Source: Promethearchaeota archaeon (GTDB lineage Archaea; Asgardarchaeota; Hermodarchaeia; Hermodarchaeales; Hermodarchaeaceae). Taken from it: a DNA stretch of 64,000 bases. This document shows positions 55,717 through 64,000 of this stretch, one piece after another. Both the position numbers and the translations under genes were made by a program. Below the pieces are notes generated by a model, which was not told the DNA's origin, did no database searches, and saw nothing but the letters and a program-made list of their open reading frames with translations. The stretch is from NCBI GenBank assembly GCA_048939625.1, contig JBHLPH010000002.1, positions 1 through 64,000 on the forward strand, read 5' to 3'. Every line of letters begins with the position of its first letter. The stretch's first letter is position 1.

Positions 55717-58113
55717 CTAGTTCCCGGGGCGATTATGTTCTCGCATGATGTTCGCCATTTCCTGTAACCGCTTATCGACACGTCCAAAGATCGAGTCCTC
55801 AGGATAGGTGCCATCTGCTTGTCGTTTTCCAGCGGGAATCCCTGTGAGGAGTTCAATTCCGTCTTCGATGGTTCTTACCGAATAGATATGGAATTTCCCT
55901 GCTTCGATAGCCTCGATAACTTCATCTTTCAGCATAAGGTTTTGCACATTAGATTCAGGGACCAAGACGCCTTGATCTCCGGTTAGACCATTTTCTTTGC
56001 AGACTGCGAAGTAGCCTTCAATTTTCTGGTTGACACCACCGATGGCTTGGACATGCCCATGCTGGTTGACTGAGCCTGTCACAGCAAACCGTTGTTGAAT
56101 GGGGACCTCGGATAGCGCGGATAGCATAGCATAGAGTTCAGTGCTACTTGCGCTATCGCCATCAACACCTCCATAACTTTGTTCGAAGGTAATCCGTGCG
56201 GAGAGACTCAAGGGTTTGTCTTGACCAAAGACTTCGTGGAGAAATCCTGTGAGAATTTGGACCCCTTTGATTTGGATGGGTCCACTAAGTTGGGCTTCCC
56301 TTTCGATGTCAATAACTTGTCCACGGCCTGGTGCGACGGTTGCTGTAATGCGAGACGGTTGCCCGAAACTGAAATCGCCAAGAGAGAGTACTGATAACCC
56401 GTTAATTTGACCGATCGCTTCACCCTCTGTATCGATTAGGATGACACCTTTCTTGATATATTCCCGGACTTTTTCGGCATACAAACTTGACCGGAAGAAG
56501 CGCTCATCGAGGGATTTTTTGATGTGAGATATTTCAATGATGGATTTTCCGTCCTTTTTCGCATAGAAATTGGCTTCACGAATGACATCTGCGATAATAT
56601 CAAACCGTGTAGATAATTTATTTTGGTCATCAGCAAGCCGCGAACTGAAATCGACAACCTCAGCTATTGCATCAGCATCCAAATGGAGCAAGTCTTCTTT
56701 AGCAGTCAGAGTGCAGACAAAGTCGCCGTAGATTTTCACAGAAGCTTTATTCCGGTCCATGGATGTGTCGAAATCGGCTTTCACTTTAAACAGCTCGCGG
56801 AAATCAGGATCCAATTGATACAGTTGCTGATACCATAGAGGCTGACCGATGAGGATAACCTTAAGTTTTAGCGGAATAGGCTCAGGATGCAGGGTTTTCA
56901 CGGAGAGAAATCCCAGAGTTGCAGCAGGTTCTTCAATGACAATCTGATCATTTTGTAGCGCACGCTTCAACGCTTGATAAGATGCAGGAGCAATCAGCAA
57001 TTCTCTTACAGGAATCACCAGATAGCCCCCGTTTGCCTGGTGTAAACTACCTGCCCGTATCATGGTGGTGTCGGTTACGAGCGCACCGAAGCGGGGTTCC
57101 TTTTCAATGACCCCGAAGAGTCGATCATAAGCAGCATTCGTAACGGTGACTATCGGAGCGCCTTCTGTTTCGGAATTATCAACTAGAAGATTGACCCTGT
57201 AACGTTTGGCAAAATCTTCGGGAGACGGCATCCGCATGAGAAGTTCGGGAGGCAATCCTTGGGGTTGCCTACCGATGAACTCGTTCAGATTTTTAATTAG
57301 ATCATCAGCCAATTCCGTAAGCCAAGTAACAACTTTTTCATTGCCAGCGAATTCTTCTTCAATTTCATTTAATAATGGTTCAAGTGTAAATCTGACGGCC
57401 TTTTCTTCCATATCATGAAGTTGATTACGTAAATCCCGCTCTAAGGATCGCAATTTTCGGAAAGCCGACCGTAACTCCGTTTCCAAAGCTTCCCGACGTT
57501 TCTCGATTTCTTTTCGGACTTCTGGCTTTAGCTTAGGAATCGCATCTGGCGTAATAGGTTTGCCGTTGATCATAGGCACCATTAACAAGCCAGTTTGGGT
57601 CCCTTGCAAAACAAACCCCGCGTGCTCAGCCTTTTGCCGCATCTGCTCTGTGAGTTCGTCGCGTTCCTGTTCAAATTTCCGAGTCAACTCTTCACGTTGT
57701 TGCGCGTATTCTTCACTTTCGAGCATCCGCTGAATCATATTCCGTGCGGCTTCGATGAATTGATCAATCTTAGCCACAAAGACCTTCCCCATACCTGCAG
57801 GAAACTCCAAGGCTTGGGGTTTGAATTGGTTCTTGTAATTCGTGACATAGCACCAATCAGAGGGCACTTCACGTAATTTGGCTGCAATATCTTCCAAATA
57901 CCGTTCCGTGGCAGTATGTCGACCAGTCCCAGGACTACCTGCGACATAGACATTGAATCCTTTGTCAGGAATCTCCAAGCCAAATTGCAGGGCGTTCAGG
58001 GCACGTGGTTGCCCGACGACCCCTTCGAGAGGGGATAGTTCGGCACTTGTTTTACATGCAAACTCGCGTGATTTACAACGCGCACGCAATTGGTCAGATT
58101 TTAATTCAGACAT
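55717..58113 (-). CDS. Lon-like protease, LonC (AAA_32) type
   Basis: GQPRA, degenerate Walker A GSPGTGR, coiled insert, ANGGYL, GQINGL, EQSYGGVDGDSAS (catalytic Ser), GGVNQK (Lys). Confidence 0.92.
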   Translation of the reverse strand: MSELKSDQLRARCKSREFACKTSAELSPLEGVVGQPRALNALQFGLEIPDKGFNVYVAGSPGTGRHTATERYLEDIAAKLREVPSDWCYVTNYKNQFKPQALEFPAGMGKVFVAKIDQFIEAARNMIQRMLESEEYAQQREELTRKFEQERDELTEQMRQKAEHAGFVLQGTQTGLLMVPMINGKPITPDAIPKLKPEVRKEIEKRREALETELRSAFRKLRSLERDLRNQLHDMEEKAVRFTLEPLLNEIEEEFAGNEKVVTWLTELADDLIKNLNEFIGRQPQGLPPELLMRMPSPEDFAKRYRVNLLVDNSETEGAPIVTVTNAAYDRLFGVIEKEPRFGALVTDTTMIRAGSLHQANGGYLVIPVRELLIAPASYQALKRALQNDQIVIEEPAATLGFLSVKTLHPEPIPLKLKVILIGQPLWYQQLYQLDPDFRELFKVKADFDTSMDRNKASVKIYGDFVCTLTAKEDLLHLDADAIAEVVDFSSRLADDQNKLSTRFDIIADVIREANFYAKKDGKSIIEISHIKKSLDERFFRSSLYAEKVREYIKKGVILIDTEGEAIGQINGLSVLSLGDFSFGQPSRITATVAPGRGQVIDIEREAQLSGPIQIKGVQILTGFLHEVFGQDKPLSLSARITFEQSYGGVDGDSASSTELYAMLSALSEVPIQQRFAVTGSVNQHGHVQAIGGVNQKIEGYFAVCKENGLTGDQGVLVPESNVQNLMLKDEVIEAIEAGKFHIYSVRTIEDGIELLTGIPAGKRQADGTYPEDSIFGRVDKRLQEMANIMREHNRPGN

Positions 58114-58331
58114 TATACATCCTCCCCATGAGTGGAGAAAGTTAATACTATCTACTATTTAAGACACTTGAGGATTTTCAATTTCTTTTCTACGACGACT
58201 TCGTTACACAAGCGAAGCAATACAAGTAAAGCAACGACTTAACGCTGTGAATGGTTGTGAAAACCAAAATCTCTTAAGGAAGAATACGGCATGAAAAGAC
58301 TACACTGAACCTTTCAGGTAGTTGACCCATC

Positions 58332-59537
58332 ATGGCCAAAACACCCACAACCATGACCATCCCAATTGGTCCCCAACACCCTGCGCTCAAAGAGCCAGAA
58401 AACTTCACCCTCACCGTCGACGGGGAAGTCGTCGTCGACGTCGCACCCCGAATTGGTTACGTCCACCGAGGTATCGAAAAAGCATTTGAAAGCCGAACGT
58501 TTAGCCAAAACGTCTACCTCGCGGAACGGATTTGCGGTATCTGCTCCCAATCCCATACCACATGCTACGTCCAAGCCGTCGAAGAAATTCTCGATTTAGA
58601 AGTTCCCCCACGTGGATTATACATTCGGGGCATCATGAATGAGCTGAACCGGATTCACAGCCACATCCTCTGGCTAGGCGTGGCTGGTCACGAAATCGGA
58701 TGGGACACCCTCTTCCACTATTCGTGGCGTGATAGGGAATACAGCATGGATATTATTGAAGAAATTTGTGGGAACCGTGTCAACTACGCCAACAACATCA
58801 TTGGCGGCGTCCGCCATGATGTGGAGAAGAGCCAAGTCCCGGGCATGGTGGAACGCCTCGAAAAAATCCGTGACCGCATGCACCACTACCTGAAATTAAT
58901 CCTGAATGAACAAACCATTTTAGACCGGGCCCTTGGTGTGGGCATCCTCGAAACTGAAGTCGGAAAAGCCCTCTGTGCCACTGGTCCCACTGCCCGCGCC
59001 TCCGACATCCACTGGGACGTGCGCAACACCCAACCCCGCACCCCCTACCAAGAAAGCGAAAACAAACACTGGGAAATCCGCACCTCCGACCTCTGCGACG
59101 TCGCCGGCCGCGTCGTCGTCCGAATACTTGAAACCGTCGACGCCTGCACCTGCTGCATCGACTGGCTCAAACACCTCCCCCCAGGCGACATCAGCGTCCG
59201 CGCCCCCCGCCGCGTCCCACCCGGCAAAGCCCTCAGCACCTTCGAAGCCCCCCGCGGCGAAGTCGTCCACTTCGTCGTCAGCAACGGCACCGACAAACCC
59301 GAACGCCACAAAGCCCGCGCCCCCACCCTCGGCAACATCCCCAGCGTCGTCGAAATCATCAAAGGCGGCAAAATCGCCGACGTACCCATCGCCCTAGCCA
59401 GCATAGATCCCTGCTTTTCATGTACTGATAGAATCATTCTCGCGTATCCCGATGGTTCAAAGGAGGAAAAGCCTTGGGCATGGTTCCAAGAAAAAAGCCG
59501 CGAAGAGAGAGAAAAAGTGAAAGCTTGGCGCCGTTAG
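58332..59537 (+). CDS. Group 4 (energy-converting, Mbh/Ech-like) [NiFe]-hydrogenase large subunit
   Basis: PIGPQHP, GYVHRGIEK, ERICGIC (L1), EAPRGE, DPCFSC (L2) followed by TDR and a cleavable-type tail. Confidence 0.93.
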   Translation: MAKTPTTMTIPIGPQHPALKEPENFTLTVDGEVVVDVAPRIGYVHRGIEKAFESRTFSQNVYLAERICGICSQSHTTCYVQAVEEILDLEVPPRGLYIRGIMNELNRIHSHILWLGVAGHEIGWDTLFHYSWRDREYSMDIIEEICGNRVNYANNIIGGVRHDVEKSQVPGMVERLEKIRDRMHHYLKLILNEQTILDRALGVGILETEVGKALCATGPTARASDIHWDVRNTQPRTPYQESENKHWEIRTSDLCDVAGRVVVRILETVDACTCCIDWLKHLPPGDISVRAPRRVPPGKALSTFEAPRGEVVHFVVSNGTDKPERHKARAPTLGNIPSVVEIIKGGKIADVPIALASIDPCFSCTDRIILAYPDGSKEEKPWAWFQEKSREEREKVKAWRR

Positions 59538-59554
59538 TGATTCAGCCTCTTATC

Positions 59555-61567
59555 CTAGAGTAACCTTTCCATTCCTATCTTTGCCTTCCCTTTTCGGTCA
59601 ATTGACTTAAGGGATTTTTGCTTTTGATAATCCTTAATCCATTCGAGAGCCGCTTTTCTTTTCTCCCCAGAACTTGGTGGAGTTATGATTGCCCAGCAAT
59701 AGGTATCATTTTCGGATTTGGTATAGATTTCCCAGATTGCTGATACCCGATTGGTTTCATGGAGAATGATTTTTTTAAAGATCGTTGTCATTTGAATGCC
59801 TAAACTTTTGATTAGATTCTTTTCATCTTCAAGAAGTTCACAAGGATGGTTTTTAATAATTCGTCTTAATTCCCTGGCTATTTGTTCATCTTTTTGTGTC
59901 ATAGCTTGAGACGTTAGTTTATCTAGCCTTCCCTTCAATATTTCCATTCGTTTTCTGGGTTTATCATCTCGTATGGCTTCATATCGCTCTATACCATACT
60001 TCTGGATGAATTGATTATGTCTATGTGTGATCATTGGTTTGTATCTATACAGCTTGGTTTTGGGTCCTGCGTCGAGTACATGAGCACGTTTGATTCCGAA
60101 TTTCATTTGTCCATTTCTTTCAACAAAAAACCCATCTTCGGGGACAACTTCAGCAAGGTAAGCAGATCTCATCTCAAGTGTACCTTGTTTAATGGTTTGT
60201 GGTAAACGAAAATCGGGGCTGAGTAGTTTGTCGCCTTTGGGGACGCCCCAGTGTTCGAGGAGTCGACCGACGACTGCTGTTATTGTGAGACGTTTTCGTT
60301 GTCCTTGAAGTTCTTCGGTTTTGTAGTCGGTTTCTCCGAGTTGTCGGAAGAGGGTTCGGACGTATTCAATTCGTTTTGGATCTTTTTCGTGGTAGGTGAG
60401 GACGTGGGTGGTTTTGTTGATGTGGCAGTCGCTGAGGGCGATGGCGATGAGGCGGGCGCGGAGTTCGTTGAGTTCTTTACCTTCGGGGAAACGTGGGTTG
60501 TGGATGCCGCCGCTGTGTTCGGTGGTGCTGATGCGGCCGATGTGGGTTATGTGGGGGGTGATGGTGTTGAATGGTTGGTTGGTGGTGTTGAGGAGGAGGT
60601 GGAGGGTGTCGCCGTGGAGGTAGTGGTTGTATTTGGTGGACCAGAGTTCGTAGGGGGCGGCGCGGGGGTTGTAGGTGCGGTGGCGGGGGTGGGTGGTGAG
60701 TTGGTTGAGGAGTTGGCCGAGTTGTTGGGTGTTGGTGTTGAGGTGGTGTTGGGCGGTGGTGAGGAGTTGTTCTTTGATGTGGGGGGTGAGGTAGAGGAGT
60801 TCGTGGTGGTAGGTGTTGAGCCAGTGGTCGGGGAGGGTGGTTTTGCGCCAGAGGTAGAGGACATCATGATCGATGGCGAGGCGAAGTTCTTCGTGGGTGT
60901 TGGCGAGTTGTAGGCGTTCGGTGAGTTTGCGTTCGAGTTCAGATCGGTGTTTTTGAATGGAGTGGGCGATGGTGCGGAGCTGTTGGGGGCCGCGTTTGTG
61001 GTAGGGTTTGAGTTCGGCGATGAGGAGCCGTTGGTCGGATTTGTGGTGGTAGAGGGTGGCGAGCGCGGTGGTGAGGGGGGCTGGGGTGTGGGTTGTGGGG
61101 TCGTCGAGTAAGTGTTGGAAGGTGGTGTAGACGAGGCTGGGATCGAGGAGGTGGGGTTGGGTTTCAGTTGGCAGATGGCGTTCCCAGCGGTGGCGGGCAG
61201 CCTCATGAATGGTGAGGGTGCGTTCGAGGTGGGGCTGTTTGATGCCAAGGTGCCAGTCGCGGAGGCGTCCGGCGGGGATGCCGGTGAGGTCTTGGAGGTC
61301 TTTGTAGGTTTTGTTGCTGAGGTGGCCATCGTGACGTGCCGCGGTGAGGATGCGGTGCCAGAGGGCATTAATGGAGGAGTGAGTGCATGTAGTGCGGGTT
61401 TGGAGGTAGGGGTGGCGTGCAAGGTCGTGTTCGAGGGTTTTCCAAGCGCGTGTGCCATATGTGTTGAGGAGTTGTCGGGCTTCGGGAGTTGCAGCTAGGG
61501 TGTCTCGGAGCATGGCCCAGTCGTGGATGGATGTCCAAGTCTGGTGAATGGAGTTGGTGGGAGACAT
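59555..61567 (-). CDS. Free-standing protein with an HTH-like segment and two LAGLIDADG-like motifs
   Basis: TYKDLQDLTGIPAGRLRDW HTH-like segment; LIAIALSDCHI and YLAEVVPEDGF motifs with GVPKGDK...FRLP between, as in DOD endonucleases; no intein splicing termini. Confidence 0.65.
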   Translation of the reverse strand: MSPTNSIHQTWTSIHDWAMLRDTLAATPEARQLLNTYGTRAWKTLEHDLARHPYLQTRTTCTHSSINALWHRILTAARHDGHLSNKTYKDLQDLTGIPAGRLRDWHLGIKQPHLERTLTIHEAARHRWERHLPTETQPHLLDPSLVYTTFQHLLDDPTTHTPAPLTTALATLYHHKSDQRLLIAELKPYHKRGPQQLRTIAHSIQKHRSELERKLTERLQLANTHEELRLAIDHDVLYLWRKTTLPDHWLNTYHHELLYLTPHIKEQLLTTAQHHLNTNTQQLGQLLNQLTTHPRHRTYNPRAAPYELWSTKYNHYLHGDTLHLLLNTTNQPFNTITPHITHIGRISTTEHSGGIHNPRFPEGKELNELRARLIAIALSDCHINKTTHVLTYHEKDPKRIEYVRTLFRQLGETDYKTEELQGQRKRLTITAVVGRLLEHWGVPKGDKLLSPDFRLPQTIKQGTLEMRSAYLAEVVPEDGFFVERNGQMKFGIKRAHVLDAGPKTKLYRYKPMITHRHNQFIQKYGIERYEAIRDDKPRKRMEILKGRLDKLTSQAMTQKDEQIARELRRIIKNHPCELLEDEKNLIKSLGIQMTTIFKKIILHETNRVSAIWEIYTKSENDTYCWAIITPPSSGEKRKAALEWIKDYQKQKSLKSIDRKGKAKIGMERLL

Positions 61568-61832
61568 GGTCTGTTCAGTAGGAGGGGGTGGAGAATTGGC
61601 TTTATACTCCTCAAATGGGGTGGTGGGAGTTATGGTGATGAGGACACCTCTCCCAGGGGCCCGGATTTTATTTCCTTTAAATGGATTACGGTGAGCAGAA
61701 CGGGAGGTGTGTCTGTGAGCATGGTTCCAGGCGAAGAGTTGGGGAGAGCGGGAACGCGTGAAGGCGTGGCGTCGTTAATCATCCTGAATGAGGTTGGTTA
61801 TTCGCACCCTGCAATTCAAACAGTAGTTCGTC

Positions 61833-62342
61833 TTAGGTCTTGTTATAGGAGAGTTGTTTGTTTTTTCGTTTCAGCATAAGGGCAAAAGTGCCGATTAGTG
61901 CGATGAGAATCGCAGGCCACGGGAATCCAGGAATGGGTATTGGTTCTTCACTCCAGGCTACTGTAAGTTGACCATATTCTGCGGTGGTGGTGGCTCGTTC
62001 GAGGATAACTCTCGTTGGTGTCTCGATGGTGAGGGTTAGATTGTATGTTCCAGGACTGGTTTTGGACACGATTGCTGTGGGTGCCCACCCATAAGTTGGA
62101 TTGGTTCGATTGAATTGGTAGGTGGTGCTTGTGTTGCCAGAAATTTGGTGAATGTCGGATCTGGCACCGTAACTGCCCGACCAGTCTCCCTCACAGTACA
62201 CGCAAATAATAACACTTTCAGTCGTTTCTCCGGTAACTCGGTTTGGGAATGCTAACAAGCCACTAATAACTATCACAACTAAAATGGCGATACTCAACCT
62301 TCGGCTCAACAAACCATTCACTTTCCGACCCTCCAGTTCCAC
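61833..62342 (-). CDS. Secreted/surface protein with a C-terminal PGF-type sorting signal
   Basis: N-terminal signal/TM segment, Thr-rich beta domain, IPGFPW plus TM helix plus KRKNK. Confidence 0.75.
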   Translation of the reverse strand: MELEGRKVNGLLSRRLSIAILVVIVISGLLAFPNRVTGETTESVIICVYCEGDWSGSYGARSDIHQISGNTSTTYQFNRTNPTYGWAPTAIVSKTSPGTYNLTLTIETPTRVILERATTTAEYGQLTVAWSEEPIPIPGFPWPAILIALIGTFALMLKRKNKQLSYNKT

Positions 62343-62402
62343 TTCAGAACCCTAAGCTAGTATTAGGTGTCGTGTTCTTAAATTTTTGTGAAGTTTCTGT
62401 GG

Positions 62403-63254
62403 TCATGAGAAGGCTTTGGTCCAGGTGGTTTTGATTTCATCTGTTGTTATTTTTCTGATGGTGTTAGTTTTGGTTTCGATGACGGCGGCGTTGAGTTCGT
62501 CGGGTGTTCGGGTTTTGTCGCGGAGGAGGGATTTGATGGTAAGGGCGAGAGCCTTGTTAAAGGCGTGGTTGGGTGCGTATTCTTCGTTGAGAATGGTGTT
62601 GGTTTCGTTGCGGTGGGTACCTTCGCACCAGGTGAGGACTTCGCGGTATGTGCCACTGGGATCAAGAACATAGAGGTGGAGGCCGGTGTCGTCGATTCCT
62701 CCGATGAGGGCGAGAAGGCCGAGGGGGCGGATGTCTTTTTTGGTTGTATAGGAGTGGATGAAGAGAGCGAGACGGTTGGTAAGTTCTTCTACGGGGATTG
62801 GTGTTTCAGTTTCTCTTTGATAGGTTTGTGCTTCATGGATGGCTCTGTGTTTGAGGAGGAGAAAATCCCCAGAGAGGCCAGTTGGTACCATGCCGATATG
62901 GTCGGTGATTTGGAAGGTTTCCCAAGGCTGAGTGAGGATGGTGTGGTGTTTCTCCGTTTGGGAAGCTTGGGGACGTTCTTTGGCGAGGATAATGCCGCCT
63001 TTGTAGCGGAGGCCGAGGATGGTGACGCCACGGGGTGGAGATTCCATGGCGTATTCAATTTGGAAGATGCGTCCGTCAGGGGAGAAGAGGTTGGTATCGT
63101 CGTAGCCGCTGGGGACGCGGATGGGGAGGGTTTCGATGTAACGGATGAGGGCAGCGCGGATGAGTTCGGCTTTACTGCCAAACATGCCTTTCTGAACGAC
63201 GGTGTTCATATATCGGTCCAGCTCATTAGACACAACAACGCGTACTTCAGGCAT
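62403..63254 (-). CDS. Proteasome alpha-subunit paralogue with N-terminal ribbon-helix-helix domain
   Basis: Residues 1-42 (EVRVVVSNELDRYM...GMFGSKAELIRAALIRY) fit an RHH; then GYDDTNLFSPDGRIFQIEYA, RPLG...GGID, DPSG; AGGAG SD. Confidence 0.85.
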   Translation of the reverse strand: MPEVRVVVSNELDRYMNTVVQKGMFGSKAELIRAALIRYIETLPIRVPSGYDDTNLFSPDGRIFQIEYAMESPPRGVTILGLRYKGGIILAKERPQASQTEKHHTILTQPWETFQITDHIGMVPTGLSGDFLLLKHRAIHEAQTYQRETETPIPVEELTNRLALFIHSYTTKKDIRPLGLLALIGGIDDTGLHLYVLDPSGTYREVLTWCEGTHRNETNTILNEEYAPNHAFNKALALTIKSLLRDKTRTPDELNAAVIETKTNTIRKITTDEIKTTWTKAFS

Positions 63255-63272
63255 ACATGAAAACTCCTATTC

Positions 63273-63326
63273 AATGGATATATTACGGATACTTTTAAAT
63301 GCTCTGCGCATTACGGAGTAAATGGA
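63273..63326. promoter_or_regulatory. Four AYGGA boxes flanking the TATA element upstream of the RHH-proteasome gene
   Basis: AATGGA 63273, ATTACGGA 63282, TTTTAAAT 63293-63300, ATTACGGA 63310, AATGGA 63321. Confidence 0.4.
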
Positions 63327-63463
63327 GTAGCTCCATGAAAAAGATTAGCTTACCCGAGGACAGTTATTGGAAACTAGTTGAGTTGAAAGGTAAATTCCGT
63401 TGCACAACATGGAAGGACCTGGTTGATCTGATTCACCAAAAATACCTGAACGACTGATTCCTG

Positions 63464-63676
63464 TTATCCAGTTACATTTGGTTCATCGTCGAAGAAGAAG
63501 ATGTCTTCGATTCGTTTCCCTAATTGTTGTGCTATGCGGTGGGCTAGTCGCAGGGAGGGGTTATAGGTTCCTTTTTCGAGGAAGAGGATGGTTTGGCGGG
63601 TGACACCAACAGCTTCAGCCAAGTCTTCTTGAGTTAAGTTATGTTGTTGGCGTAGTTCTCGGATCTTGGTCTTCAT
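63464..63676 (-). CDS. XRE-family HTH transcriptional regulator
   Basis: [17 protein letters not shown]...[11 protein letters not shown]...IEDIF. Confidence 0.93.
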   Translation of the reverse strand: MKTKIRELRQQHNLTQEDLAEAVGVTRQTILFLEKGTYNPSLRLAHRIAQQLGKRIEDIFFFDDEPNVTG

Positions 63677-63682
63677 GGTGGT

Positions 63683-64000
63683 CTAGTCTCCGCGTTTGTC
63701 ATAGTACATCATTGAAGCCCCCCACATTGTATAGCCTACAACCATGATGAGGACAAGGGCAGCAAAGAAGAGCTCTTGGACTGGTGGTCCACCGATGGCA
63801 AGCCAGGCGATGGCGATTACAGCACCCATTAAGGTGATGAGGAACATCACGGCGATGAAGCCATTTCGGGAGGCTTTGACGAAGTTGTTGACCAGTCGCT
63901 CATCACCTCGTCCTTCGAAGCGAAAGAAGCTGAAAAACCCAAAAAAACCGAAGAAGCCAAACCAAGCCACAGAGCCAGTTAATAGATAGAGAAGCCCTAA
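63683..64000 (-). CDS. Small membrane protein (DUF3796/DUF2178-like), 5' end outside the window
   Basis: Frame is open to base 64000 (LGLLYLLTGSVAWFGFFGFFGFF...DERLVNN..KASRNGF); commonly paired with XRE regulators. Confidence 0.7.
   Translation of the reverse strand, partial: LGLLYLLTGSVAWFGFFGFFGFFSFFRFEGRGDERLVNNFVKASRNGFIAVMFLITLMGAVIAIAWLAIGGPPVQELFFAALVLIMVVGYTMWGASMMYYDKRGD

Noticed and set aside
58920-59437. Overlapping Pro/Ser/Thr/Ala-rich ORFs within the hydrogenase gene
   Set aside because: By-product of near absence of third-position T, which removes stops from alternative frames
60251-61498. 303-aa mucin-like ORF (60547-61458) and Val/Gly-rich antisense ORFs
   Set aside because: Same skew artefact; low complexity, nested in the 670-aa gene
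61640-61715. Imperfect inverted repeat GACACCTCTCCC / GGGAGGTGTGTC upstream of the LAGLIDADG-like gene
   Set aside because: Short and mismatched, with no counterpart at the other end of the gene; insufficient for an element terminus
58900-63254. Diversity-generating retroelement or CRISPR array as the cause of the odd composition
   Set aside because: No reverse transcriptase, no template/variable repeat pair and no regularly spaced repeats are visible

Overview
Gene-dense archaeal chromosomal DNA. Archaeal markers include FBP aldolase/phosphatase, archaeal-type ArgRS and SHMT, type II MetAP, Rpo5 and a proteasome alpha homologue. The two-domain eukaryote-like Rpb5, an IPGF C-terminal sorting signal and many helical/coiled-coil hypotheticals suggest an Asgard-related lineage (inference, not tested). 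Most of the window is housekeeping or heterotrophic metabolism: tRNA-Arg(TCG) with argS, fbp, a 2-hydroxyacyl-CoA dehydratase/benzoyl-CoA-reductase-like trio, duplicated giant FtsX/MacB ABC permeases, TldD/PmbA, peptidases, GH31, a P-type ATPase, LonC and a lone group-4 [NiFe]-hydrogenase large subunit. The most notable observations are: (1) a three-gene operon at 27.3-32.4 kb in which a divergent CetZ-like tubulin/FtsZ-superfamily GTPase lies between an 898-aa and a 336-aa all-helical protein, a candidate uncharacterised cytoskeletal system; (2) a ribbon-helix-helix domain fused to the N-terminus of a proteasome alpha-subunit paralogue; (3) sharply bounded patches of extreme C/A versus G/T strand skew (about 50-52.7 kb and 57-64 kb) that flip independently of gene orientation; (4) a two-domain Rpb5; (5) a P2A-like ATPase, a CoA-transferase and a CorA with altered catalytic or selectivity motifs; (6) a multi-hairpin candidate ncRNA at about 50.5 kb. 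No CRISPR array, rRNA, integrase or transposase was seen. All family calls come from motif recognition by eye; no database search was run.
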